Shown in pieces: positions 1 through 8,221 of a stretch of 12,492 nucleotides of DNA. The notes under the pieces are model-generated. The model did no database searches. It saw only the letters and a list, made by a program, of their open reading frames with translations, and was not told the origin of the DNA. The stretch is from Myxococcota bacterium (GTDB lineage Bacteria > Myxococcota > SpSt-1050): assembly GCA_049969675.1 (NCBI GenBank), contig JBMFOP010000089.1, positions 1 through 12,492 on the forward strand. Direction: 5' to 3'. The position numbers and the translations under genes are program-made. The first letter of the stretch is position 1. Each line of letters starts with the position of its first letter.

Positions 1-495
1 GCATTGACAGATGAGAATGGGAATATCAGTTGGTATGCAGACTATGAGCCATTTGGGAAGGTGAATATAATGATAGAAAAGACAAAGAACAACTTCCGCT
101 TCCCTGGACAATACTACATCACAGAGACTGGCTTATACTACAACTGGTGGAGGTGGTATAAGAGTGAGATAGGGAGGTATGTTCAGTTTGACCCAGAGAT
201 TAATGTAGATAAGATATCGCGCCCAAATTCTTCTTTAAGAAGAATACAGGAGCAATATCTATATTGTGATAACAAACCTTTAATTAAATCAGATTTCAGT
301 GGTCAGTTGAGCTATACATTTATAATCTGTTGTGGTTGCTATGGGGTCATATGTTTATGCACAGAAACGAGAAATGGAAATATAACACAAGTGATTATTG
401 TATATTTTCCGAATAGAAGGTGTATCTTTTTATGTTGTTATGATTGTAGTGACTTTTATCCTAAAAATAGATGTAAAATGAGTAATTGGGCATGA
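1..495 (+). CDS. RHS repeat-associated core domain protein (5'-truncated by window edge) with Cys-rich C-terminal extension; putative polymorphic toxin
   Basis: Frame is open from base 1. Rhs core motifs W-x-A-D-Y-E-P-F-G, N-F-R-F-P-G-Q-Y, E-T-G-L-Y-Y-N-W-W-R-W-Y, G-R-Y-V-Q-F-D-P and Y-x-Y-C-D-N-K-P-L-x-x-x-D-F-S-G (variant of the PxxxxDPxG core end) are followed by a 62-aa variable tip. Confidence 0.93.
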   Translation, partial: ALTDENGNISWYADYEPFGKVNIMIEKTKNNFRFPGQYYITETGLYYNWWRWYKSEIGRYVQFDPEINVDKISRPNSSLRRIQEQYLYCDNKPLIKSDFSGQLSYTFIICCGCYGVICLCTETRNGNITQVIIVYFPNRRCIFLCCYDCSDFYPKNRCKMSNWA

Positions 496-620
496 GAAAG
501 TTATTAAATGTAAGCATATTTAAAAGAGATATCATATTAAATCTTATCTTAATTTATATACCAATCATTATGGCTCTTTTAATTTGTTTAATATCACCAT
601 ATTGCAATGCTATATATTGA
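492..620 (+). pseudogene. Small hydrophobic ORF (42 aa, MRKLLNVSIFKRDIILNLILIYIPIIMALLICLISPYCNAIY); probable truncated immunity/membrane protein gene
   Basis: ATG overlaps the Rhs stop (ATGA at 492-495). It has one long hydrophobic stretch. Its stop codon (618-620) lies inside the left inverted repeat of the IS3 remnant, which suggests truncation by the IS. Confidence 0.5.
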
Positions 621-840
621 CCCCCATATAGAGTGGACACGGATAATGTGGAGAGATAATAGTGATGACCCTGTGTTATATTCTATCCTTTATCAACCAT
701 TAAGTTCTCAGTTGTTAGATACATCAACTTAAATAAGGAGATCCAAAATGAAACAGAGAAAATGGGCAGTAGATGAAAAAATGGCAATAGTCCTTAATTT
801 TATGGTATGAAAAATGTCTTGACAGATGGGGGTCAGTACA
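613..840 (+). mobile_element. Internally deleted IS3-family insertion sequence remnant (228 bp)
   Basis: Left end TATATTGACCCCCATATAGAGTGGACA (613-) matches the reverse complement of the right end, TGTACTGACCCCCATCTGTCAAGACA (-840), which is an IS3-type TG...CA terminal IR. It contains an RBS and the start of an OrfA-like HTH. No target-site duplication is visible. Confidence 0.8.
748..810 (+). pseudogene. N-terminal fragment of IS3-family transposase OrfA (MKQRKWAVDEKMAIVLNFMV*)
   Basis: AAGGAG RBS at 735-740. The peptide resembles the 'R-K-W/Y-x-x-E-x-K-x-x-I-V' start of IS3 OrfA HTH domains and ends just before the right IR. Confidence 0.7.
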
Positions 841-844
841 GGAT

Positions 845-1276
845 TTAACAGTTTATATTATTGAGGTTATTTTTGAGCTTCTCCATCTCGTCAATCAAAT
901 ATCTGAGCTGTTCGGTCAAAAATCTCAATTTATCTGAGGTGGTGGGTGTGAGTGCCTCTTCCTTTATTGTCTCCCTACTATCCACTGCCTTGAGTATCTT
1001 TCTGGCACCACTGATCGTAAATTTCTTGACTTTGAGCAGGTGTCTTATCTGGATTATAGTCTCAATATCTGATTTTCTATAGAGTCTGCGGTTACCCCTT
1101 CCACGAATGGGTCTTATTATTTCTTTAAATTCCGATTCCCAGAATCTAATCACATACGGCTTCTCTTTAACAATCTCACTTACCTCTTTTATTGTATAGA
1201 TTGGTTTGATCTTAAATAGAGGTATAACAAGGTCATTTAGATAGGGATCTGAGATTTGATGTGCCTTGCCTGTCAT
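845..1276 (-). CDS. MerR-family HTH transcriptional regulator (type usually linked to pheT/ihfA)
   Basis: YTIKEVSEIVKEKPYVIRFWESEF...IRPIRGRGNRRLYRKSDIE...LLKVKKFTISGARKIL is the MerR HTH signature, followed by a C-terminal coiled coil. Position is downstream of pheT. Confidence 0.9.
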   Translation of the reverse strand: MTGKAHQISDPYLNDLVIPLFKIKPIYTIKEVSEIVKEKPYVIRFWESEFKEIIRPIRGRGNRRLYRKSDIETIIQIRHLLKVKKFTISGARKILKAVDSRETIKEEALTPTTSDKLRFLTEQLRYLIDEMEKLKNNLNNINC

Positions 1277-1300
1277 TCTCTTTGGTTCCCGAAGACTGGC

Positions 1301-3679
1301 TTATCTAAGCCTTGCATAGAACTTTTTTATAAGATTGTCAATTATCTTTAAGTGGATTTTATCAACCTCTTCATCGGTGAGTGTAGAGTCATATGAGCGA
1401 TATTTAAGGGCTATTCCGATACTCTTCTTCCCATCTTCAACTCCCTTACCTTCATAAAGGTCAAATATGGATATCTCCTCTACAATTGGAATGTTCATTT
1501 TTTTGATTTCGTTTGTAATCTCTTCTGATGTAATATCCTTTGAAACCATCAGGGCTATATCTCTGTCAACAGCAGGGAACAAAGAGTATTTTTTGAATAC
1601 CGGATAACTTCTTATAAAGCTCTCAAAGATTTGCTCAAGATTTAGTTCAGCCACTAATACATTCTGTTTTAAATCAAATCTCTTGAGAGTTAGTGGTTGG
1701 AGCTCCCCAACAACTCCACAGGATTTTCCATTTAAGATTAGCCTTGCAGATTTTCCATTATGTAAGAATTGTGGTAAATCAGATTTTGTAAAACTGACAT
1801 CGGGGATATTGAGTATCCCTAAGAGATTTTCAATGATACCTTTTATGTCATAGAAATCAAATTCCCTCTGAGGATTAGCCCATAGTCGTTCATAGCATCT
1901 GCCAGATAATAATATCCCGAGATGTTCTTCCTCTATTATATCGGTAGGTCTGATAAATACCTTTCCTATTTCAAATATTCTGACATCCTTGTTCTGTCTG
2001 TTTATATTGAGAACAGCGGTATTTAATAGAGAGGGGATTATAGATTTTCTCATAGATGCCATATCCTGTGCTATAGGATTTTTTATGAGGATATCCGTAT
2101 CATCTGAGAATATAGAATTTGTTTCACCTGAGATAAATGTATAATTTATGACCTCATTTAATCCAAAATCAGCGAGGGCGCGAGCAATGGTCCTGAAGAA
2201 TCTATCTTTTAGATTCATACCGGTCTCAGATATTTCAGTATGAGGTAATCTGGAGCCAAATTTATTATATCCATATATTCGGGCTATCTCTTCAATGATA
2301 TCCTCTTCACAGGAGATGTCATATCTATGAGACGGGATTGTGATTTCAAATATGTTTCTGTCCTCTGATTTGATATTCATCCCGAGATTTTCAAGGACAT
2401 CTTTTATGAATGTGCGGTCAATCCTCTTATTCAAGAGTCTATCAGCCTTCTCCAATCTAAAGTGAATTATTTTATTTTTTGTTAACTCATCTGACTTTAT
2501 AGTGATTGTGTCGTAGATTAATACCTCAGGTATATCCATTTGTAAAAGATACATAAATCTTTTTGTAGCATAATCTACAGTATCACAATCAACTCCGCGC
2601 GCAAATCTATAACTTGAATCTGAATTGATATTATACATTGAGGTTGTAAGTCTTATTGAATCTGGATTAAAGACAGCACATTCCAGTAAGATTGAATTGG
2701 TACTATCAAGAATAGAGCTATATTCTCCTCCCATAACACCTGCAAGTGCGACTGGAGAGGACTCATCACATATTAAAAGATTTTTTTCTGAGAGGGTGAG
2801 CTCGGTGCCGTTTAATAGTTTTATCTTTTCTCCATTCTTTGCATTTCTGACAATTATTTTGCCCCCTTTGATATATGAGAAATCAAATGTATGATTTGGA
2901 TGACCGGTCTCAAGCATTATAAAATTTGAGATATCCACAATATTGTTTATTGGCCTCAAGTTTGATTCAATAAGTAATTTCTGAATATATATATCTGATT
3001 CTTTTACATAGACCTTTTCTGCATAAGTTCCCTGATAAAGGGGACATTCTGTTGGACTTTCTACTATGATCTGGACAGGGGATGCCTTCTGAACTCTTCT
3101 GCATTCAGAGGGTGGCATCTTGAGTTTTAGATTGTAATATGCAGAAAGTTCACGTGCAATGCCGAGATATGATAGGGCATCTCCTCTATTTGGAGTGATA
3201 TTTATCTCTATAAGTGTGGTATCTCTTTTCAGAATATCTATGATAGGTGTTCCCGCCTTATGTGTTGAATTAAATAGCCAGATTCCCTCAGATTTCTCCT
3301 CAAGTCCAAGTTCTTCAAGGGAGAGCAGCATCCCACTGGATTGAACACCTTTAATTTCTCGTATATTTATTTTATGCCCAAGTACGATTGAATCTGGTGG
3401 TGCCCAGAGCCCCTTAACTCCGGCTTTTACATTCCTTGCCCCACATATAACGGTTATATCCTTGCTCCCGTCATTTATCTCAACTATAAAGAGTTCAGGG
3501 CTATCTTTATGCGGTTTCACCGATATGATATCAACAATTTTGATATTTTCATCTATATCTTTATATGGCTTTGAGACTCCCTCAACCTCCAATCCGTTGA
3601 GAGTGAGGTCGTTGATAATCTTTTCATCATCATAGGGGATTTCAATGAAGTTTTTGAGGTAGTCTATTGAGATTCTCAT
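1301..3679 (-). CDS. pheT: Phenylalanine--tRNA ligase beta subunit
   Basis: 792 aa. Motifs GLEVE, VICGARNV, SSGMLLSLEELG, ITPNRGDALSYLGIARE, RPINNIVDISN, ALAGVMGG, SSYRFARGVD, EEIARIYGY and the C-terminal FDX-ACB domain (RDIA...FDLYEGKGV...KKS...TLTDEEV). Confidence 0.99.
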   Translation of the reverse strand: MRISIDYLKNFIEIPYDDEKIINDLTLNGLEVEGVSKPYKDIDENIKIVDIISVKPHKDSPELFIVEINDGSKDITVICGARNVKAGVKGLWAPPDSIVLGHKINIREIKGVQSSGMLLSLEELGLEEKSEGIWLFNSTHKAGTPIIDILKRDTTLIEINITPNRGDALSYLGIARELSAYYNLKLKMPPSECRRVQKASPVQIIVESPTECPLYQGTYAEKVYVKESDIYIQKLLIESNLRPINNIVDISNFIMLETGHPNHTFDFSYIKGGKIIVRNAKNGEKIKLLNGTELTLSEKNLLICDESSPVALAGVMGGEYSSILDSTNSILLECAVFNPDSIRLTTSMYNINSDSSYRFARGVDCDTVDYATKRFMYLLQMDIPEVLIYDTITIKSDELTKNKIIHFRLEKADRLLNKRIDRTFIKDVLENLGMNIKSEDRNIFEITIPSHRYDISCEEDIIEEIARIYGYNKFGSRLPHTEISETGMNLKDRFFRTIARALADFGLNEVINYTFISGETNSIFSDDTDILIKNPIAQDMASMRKSIIPSLLNTAVLNINRQNKDVRIFEIGKVFIRPTDIIEEEHLGILLSGRCYERLWANPQREFDFYDIKGIIENLLGILNIPDVSFTKSDLPQFLHNGKSARLILNGKSCGVVGELQPLTLKRFDLKQNVLVAELNLEQIFESFIRSYPVFKKYSLFPAVDRDIALMVSKDITSEEITNEIKKMNIPIVEEISIFDLYEGKGVEDGKKSIGIALKYRSYDSTLTDEEVDKIHLKIIDNLIKKFYARLR

Positions 3680-3680
3680 A

Positions 3681-4694
3681 TTAAAACTGCCTTAAAAATC
3701 TCAAATCATTTTCAAAGAAGAGTCTTATATCTGGTATCCTGTATTTTAGCATCGCCATTCGTTCAACTCCCATCCCGAAGGCAAAACCAGAAAACTCCTC
3801 TGTATCAATATCTACATTTTTTAGTACCTGAGGATTTACCATACCACATCCCATAACCTCTAAGAATCCAGAATTTTTACAGATATTGCAACCCATTCCC
3901 GAGCACATCTGACATTCAATATCTACCTCAGCACTCGGTTCAGTAAAAGGGAAGTAGGATGCCCTGAATCGGGTCTTTGTCTTTGGACCAAAGAAGGACT
4001 TAAGAAAGAATTCTATGGTCCCTTTGAGGTCTTCAAAGGATATTCCTCTATCTACGAGCAGTCCCTCAACCTGATGAAACATAGGTGTATGGGTGGCATC
4101 CGAATCGCATCTATAAACAGTTCCGGGTGAGATAATTTTGATGGGAGGTCTCTTCTTAAGCATTGTTCTGATCTGCACAGGAGAGGTATGGGTGCGAAGG
4201 AGAAGCTCATCTGAAATATAAAATGTCGCCTGCATATCCCTTGCAGGGTGTAGAGGCGGGATGTTGAGCATCTCAAAGTTGTATTTATCAAATTCTATCT
4301 CCGGACCATATTCTATTTCATATCCGAGCCTAAAAAATATATCAGATATCTCGTCCATAGTCCTGGTTATGGGGTGCAATGTCCCTCTCGGTGGTCTTCT
4401 GCCGGGGAGCGTTATGTCTATTGATTCACTCTTGAGTCTCTGTTCGGTCTCTTTCTGGAAAAGCAGCTCCCTCTTTTCAAGAACCTTGTTCTCAACAAAC
4501 TGTTTAAGTTCGTTTACCATTGCCCCAAAGGGTTTGCGCTCCTCTGGCGGTAATTTGCCTATCTCTTTTAAGAGCGAAGAGACAGACCCCTTTGAGCCGA
4601 TGTACTTTAGCCTTATTTGTTCAAGTCCTTTTAAATTATCAACTGACTCAATCTCTTTTAGGAATTCATCCCTGATATTGGTGATTTTGTCCAT
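3681..4694 (-). CDS. pheS: Phenylalanine--tRNA ligase alpha subunit
   Basis: Motifs DITLPGR, GTLHP, HPARDMQATFY, LLRTHTSPVQIR, THTPMFHQVEGL, RFRASYFPFTEPSAEVD, GFAFGMGVER and FFENDLRFLRQF. Confidence 0.99.
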   Translation of the reverse strand: MDKITNIRDEFLKEIESVDNLKGLEQIRLKYIGSKGSVSSLLKEIGKLPPEERKPFGAMVNELKQFVENKVLEKRELLFQKETEQRLKSESIDITLPGRRPPRGTLHPITRTMDEISDIFFRLGYEIEYGPEIEFDKYNFEMLNIPPLHPARDMQATFYISDELLLRTHTSPVQIRTMLKKRPPIKIISPGTVYRCDSDATHTPMFHQVEGLLVDRGISFEDLKGTIEFFLKSFFGPKTKTRFRASYFPFTEPSAEVDIECQMCSGMGCNICKNSGFLEVMGCGMVNPQVLKNVDIDTEEFSGFAFGMGVERMAMLKYRIPDIRLFFENDLRFLRQF

Positions 4695-4696
4695 CT

Positions 4697-5053
4697 TTAT
4701 AAGGACTGTGCCCTGACAGCCTCAACAATCTTTGCGAAGCCAGCGGAGTCATTTACAGCGATGTTTGCAAGCATCTTTCTATCAAGAGCGATATTTGCCT
4801 TTTTGAGTAAATTCATAAATTTGCTGTAATTGAGACCCAGTTTAGAGGCAGCGATATTTATTCGCTCAATCCAGAGCCTTCTGTAGTCTCTCTTCTTGAT
4901 TCTCCTGCCTGCGAAGGAATAGGCAAGTCCTCTATGGACTGTATGAAGGGCTATCTTATATACCTTACTTCTTCCACCAAAATTTCCCTTTGCAAGTTTT
5001 AAGATCTTCTTGTGTCTTCTTCTTGTCTTTGTTCCACCTTTTACTCTTGGCAT
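4697..5053 (-). CDS. rplT: 50S ribosomal protein L20
   Basis: MPRVKGG...RRRHKKILKLAKG, KKRDYRRLWIERINIA, YSKFM, LDRKMLA. Lies in the rpmI-rplT-pheS order. Confidence 0.98.
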   Translation of the reverse strand: MPRVKGGTKTRRRHKKILKLAKGNFGGRSKVYKIALHTVHRGLAYSFAGRRIKKRDYRRLWIERINIAASKLGLNYSKFMNLLKKANIALDRKMLANIAVNDSAGFAKIVEAVRAQSL

Positions 5054-5068
5054 TGTAAACCTCCGCTT

Positions 5069-5263
5069 TTAGTTTGGTAATAATCTTTTAACTGCCTTAA
5101 GATTTGCCTTGGCGACATAGGTCTGTTTTCTTAAGTTTCTCTTTCTCTTTCTGTCCTTAAATCCGAGGAGGTGGCTCTTATAAGCCTTTGCCCTCTTAAA
5201 AAGACCTGATTTGAGCTTCTTAATCCTCTTTGCTGCACCTGATTTGGTTTTGATCTTCGGCAT
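5069..5263 (-). CDS. rpmI: 50S ribosomal protein L35
   Basis: [13 protein letters not shown]...KSHLL...KRKRNLR...VKRLLP. AAGGAG RBS upstream. Confidence 0.98.
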   Translation of the reverse strand: MPKIKTKSGAAKRIKKLKSGLFKRAKAYKSHLLGFKDRKRKRNLRKQTYVAKANLKAVKRLLPN

Positions 5264-5279
5264 TGTTAATCTCCTTAAA

Positions 5280-5789
5280 TTACTTTTTTGTTAAAAGCAT
5301 TATAATTGACCTGCCCTCAAGCCTGGGAGGCGACTCTATCTTTGCTATATCTTCTGTCTCTTTTATTATCTTATCAAGCATTGGCTGTGCAATCTCAATA
5401 TGCTGCATCTCTCTGCCTCTGAACATAATGGTGACTTTTGCCTTATTGCCGTCCTGAATAAATCTCCTGATATGGGCAATTTTGAAGTTCAGGTCGTGCT
5501 CCTCTGTTCGGGGCCTTAATTTTATCTCTTTTATCTCCACTACAGTCTGTTTGGCTTTTGCCGCCTGAGCCTTCTTCTTCTCCAGATATTTATATTTCCC
5601 GTAGTCAATAATCTTGCAGACAGGTGGTGTCTGATTTGGAACTATCTCTACCAGATCCAGCCCCTTCTGACGGGCGCTCTCAAGGGCAACCTCTATGGGG
5701 ACCACTCCCACCATCTTTCCATCTGCGTCTATCAGCCTCACCTCTCTGACTCTAATCTGCTGATTGATTCTAAGTTCTTTGGTACTTAT
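5280..5789 (-). CDS. infC: Translation initiation factor IF-3 (non-canonical ATA start at 5789)
   Basis: The frame extends 16 codons upstream of the track's GTG: ATA AGT ACC AAA GAA CTT AGA ATC AAT CAG CAG ATT AGA ([21 protein letters not shown]). GGAGGT SD (5795-5800) lies 5 nt before the ATA. IF3 motifs [27 protein letters not shown] and FRGRE are present. Confidence 0.97.
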   Translation of the reverse strand: MSTKELRINQQIRVREVRLIDADGKMVGVVPIEVALESARQKGLDLVEIVPNQTPPVCKIIDYGKYKYLEKKKAQAAKAKQTVVEIKEIKLRPRTEEHDLNFKIAHIRRFIQDGNKAKVTIMFRGREMQHIEIAQPMLDKIIKETEDIAKIESPPRLEGRSIIMLLTKK

Positions 5790-5814
5790 GGCAGACCTCC
5801 ATTGTTTGGGTTAA

Positions 5815-7716
5815 TTACATTGGTACCTTTGTGGCATCAATGAGTTTTGAAACAAATGCCTCCAGAGACATTGAGCCCAGATCCTCTTTACCACGCGTTC
5901 TGATTGAGACAGTATCTGTCTTTGACTCCTTCTCTCCAACAACTGCCATAAATGGCACTTTCAGGAGCTCTGCCTCTCTGATTTTGTAAGATAACTTTTC
6001 ATTCCTGAGGTCAGTGATGCTCCTGAATCCTTTGCTTTTAAGTATACCATTAATCTTTATTGCATAGTCATTGAACTTCTCTGAGACTGGCAATACGATG
6101 ACCTGTTCGGGGCTGAGCCATACCGGAAATGCCCCTGCATAGTGTTCAATAAGTATGCCGAAGAATCTCTCCATTGAGCCAAGCAGTGCCCTGTGAACGG
6201 TATATGGTCTATGTCTTTGATTATCTGTACCAATATATGATATGTCAAATCGCTCTGGTAGATTAAAATCAAATTGGACTGTTGTGCACTGCCACTCCCT
6301 GCCGAGTGAGTCTTTAATCTTCAAATCTATCTTTGGCCCATAGAATGCGCCGCCTTTCTCTTCAATATTGAGCTTGATATTCATCTTCTCGGCTGCCTCT
6401 TTGAGTGAATTGGTGGCCTCTTCCCACTTTGCTGGGTCACCGACTGCCTTGTCCGGTCTTGTGGCGAGGTATGCCTCATAATTCTCAAAGCCAAATGTCT
6501 TAAATAGGTCAACTGCAAACTGTACAACGCCCATTACCTCGTCTTTGAGCTGTTCTGGAGTGCAAAAGATATGTGCATCATCCTGAGTAAATCCTCTGAC
6601 TCTCAATAATCCGTGCAATACACCAGACCTCTCATACCTATAAACAGTCCCTAACTCTGCATATCTGAGAGGTAAATCTTTGTAAGAACGGGTCTTAGAT
6701 TTGTATATCTGAATATGAAATGGACAGTTCATTGGCTTTACATAATATTCAAACCCATCTATATCCATGGGGCTGTACATATTCTCTCTGTAAAAATCTA
6801 AATGTCCGGAGGTCTTCCAGAGGTCAGCCCTTCCAATATGAGGTGAATAGACTATATTATACCCTCTCTTGAAATGTTGTTCTCTCCAGTAGTTTTCAAT
6901 CTGTGTCCTGACAAATCCGCCTCTTGGATGCCATATTATAAGTCCACCACCTACTTCATCAGTGGTGGAGTAAAGGTCAAGGGCCGTTCCTAATCTTCTA
7001 TGGTCCCTCCTCTTCGCCTCTTCAATCTTCTTCAGATATTCATCAAGCATCTCTTTGGTAGGGAATGCCGTGCCATATATTCTCTGAAGCATCTTATTCT
7101 TTTCATCTCCACGCCAGTAGGCACCTGCAATGCTCAACAATTTATATGCCTTTACATACCCCGTTGAAGGGAGATGTGGTCCTCTACACAGGTCAATGAA
7201 ATTTCCGTGTCTATATATAGAAATTGTAGAGTTTTTGAGTTCTTCAATCAGTTCAATCTTGTATGGTTCATTTAGATTTATGAATAGCTCCTTTGCCTTC
7301 TCATAAGATATCTCTTCTCTGACAAATGGGAGATTCTCCTTTATTATCTTCTTCATCTCCTCTTCAATCTTTACAAGGTCTTCTGGTTCAAAAGGCCTGT
7401 CAACATCAAAGTCGTAATAGAATCCGTCCTCAATGTTTGGTCCAATTGTAATCTTAATTCCCTGACCAAAAATCCTCTTGACCGCATCAGCCATAATATG
7501 AGCGGTGCTATGTCTCAGTATTGAGATACCATCTTGAGAGTCAATATGAATTGCTCTTACTTCTGAATTTTCGGGGATTGAACTTCTCAGGTCTTGGGGG
7601 TTCCCATTGACATAGAGAGCCACCACTGTCTTAGGAAGGTTAAGCTTTTTTATAAGGTCAAATCCAGTAGAGCCATTTTCTAAATCAATACAATTACCTT
7701 CAAATAAAATTTGCAT
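5815..7716 (-). CDS. thrS: Threonine--tRNA ligase
   Basis: Motifs LRHSTAHIMA, GPNIEDGFYYDF, DLCRGPH, GAYWRGD, RDHRRLG, KPMNCPFH, RYERSGVLHGLLRVRGFTQDDAH, GAFYGPKID, HRALLGSMERF and the C-terminal anticodon-binding domain. Confidence 0.99.
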   Translation of the reverse strand: MQILFEGNCIDLENGSTGFDLIKKLNLPKTVVALYVNGNPQDLRSSIPENSEVRAIHIDSQDGISILRHSTAHIMADAVKRIFGQGIKITIGPNIEDGFYYDFDVDRPFEPEDLVKIEEEMKKIIKENLPFVREEISYEKAKELFINLNEPYKIELIEELKNSTISIYRHGNFIDLCRGPHLPSTGYVKAYKLLSIAGAYWRGDEKNKMLQRIYGTAFPTKEMLDEYLKKIEEAKRRDHRRLGTALDLYSTTDEVGGGLIIWHPRGGFVRTQIENYWREQHFKRGYNIVYSPHIGRADLWKTSGHLDFYRENMYSPMDIDGFEYYVKPMNCPFHIQIYKSKTRSYKDLPLRYAELGTVYRYERSGVLHGLLRVRGFTQDDAHIFCTPEQLKDEVMGVVQFAVDLFKTFGFENYEAYLATRPDKAVGDPAKWEEATNSLKEAAEKMNIKLNIEEKGGAFYGPKIDLKIKDSLGREWQCTTVQFDFNLPERFDISYIGTDNQRHRPYTVHRALLGSMERFFGILIEHYAGAFPVWLSPEQVIVLPVSEKFNDYAIKINGILKSKGFRSITDLRNEKLSYKIREAELLKVPFMAVVGEKESKTDTVSIRTRGKEDLGSMSLEAFVSKLIDATKVPM

Positions 7717-7765
7717 TCTGTTTTACCTTCCCTAAACATTATGTAGCTCCAACAATAAAAAAGAA

Positions 7766-7838
7766 TAGGCACGGACGGTCTCGAACCGTCGACCTCTGCC
7801 GTGTCAGAGCAGCGCTCTAGCCCCTGAGCTACGTGCCT
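7766..7838 (-). tRNA. tRNA-Val (anticodon GAC), CCA not encoded
   Basis: Minus strand reads AGGCACG-TA-GCTC AGGGGCTA GAGC-G-CTGCT CT GAC AC GGCAG-AGGTC-GACGG TTCGAGA CCGTC-CGTGCCT-A. This is a full cloverleaf of 73 nt. Confidence 0.97.
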
Positions 7839-7853
7839 GAAAGGAGCGAAGGG

Positions 7854-7884
7854 AGTTTATAAATGCAAATATCCTATTTGTCAA
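7854..7884 (-). promoter_or_regulatory. Sigma70-type promoter for the tRNA-Val/thrS operon
   Basis: Minus strand has TTGACA (7884-7879), a 17-nt spacer, then TATAAA (7861-7856), with the alternative TAAACT 2 nt further on. It lies just upstream of the tRNA. Confidence 0.7.
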
Positions 7885-7898
7885 ATTAAAAAATGATT

Positions 7899-8110
7899 GA
7901 GAGCCAGATCTGTTCTGAACAATAATTGAGAAAAAACCCTGTCAGGTCACTGCTGTCCAGAATATCTGTATTGATAAATTAAGTACCTGTAAAATAGGAT
8001 TTTTGGAAGGATAAGTTTAACACCTTTCCTTCACTATCAAATAAAATGTCCTCCAAATTAAATAACATTCAATGTATATTTGTGTATATCAGACACAATT
8101 GGTGGGTCTC
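7899..8110. mobile_element. Non-autonomous MITE (212 bp), probably derived from a Mutator-like IS (IS256/ISLre2/ISKra4 group)
   Basis: Imperfect terminal IRs: GAGAGCCAGATCTGTTCTGA (7899-7918) versus the reverse complement of 8089-8110, GAGACCCACCAATTGTGTCTGA. Flanked by AAATGATT (7891-7898) and TAATGATT (8111-8118), an 8-bp duplication with one mismatch. No transposase inside. Confidence 0.65.
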
Positions 8111-8149
8111 TAATGATTTATTTGTTCCTATAAATCCCTTGTATGGTAA

Positions 8150-8221
8150 ACCCCGTTTGCTTCAACAGGAAAAAGGTCTGTCCAAAAACGATTCGTAGAG
8201 AGGCGTTAGAGCGGACGGGGT
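8150..8221 (+). repeat. Long imperfect inverted repeat / hairpin (possible structured RNA or REP/MITE-like element)
   Basis: ACCCCGTTTGCTTCAAC (8150-8166) pairs with GTTAGAGCGGACGGGGT (8205-8221). 16 of 17 positions pair on the + strand, including 3 G-U pairs. The loop is 38 nt. Confidence 0.6.

Noticed and set aside
3874..3915. CxxCxGxGCxxC cluster in PheS
   Set aside because: This is a common insert in PheS of many bacterial phyla and is not novel.
861..6272. Short alternative ORFs within merR, pheT, pheS, infC and thrS (861-1082, 2625-2894, 3159-3344, 4052-4291, 4261-4716, 5263-5457, 6057-6272)
   Set aside because: They are antisense or off-frame shadows of well-conserved housekeeping genes and have no recognisable motifs.
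7717..7765. Possible T-box or tRNA-mimic operator upstream of thrS
   Set aside because: The spacer is only 49 bp, with no T-box motif or convincing stem-loop.
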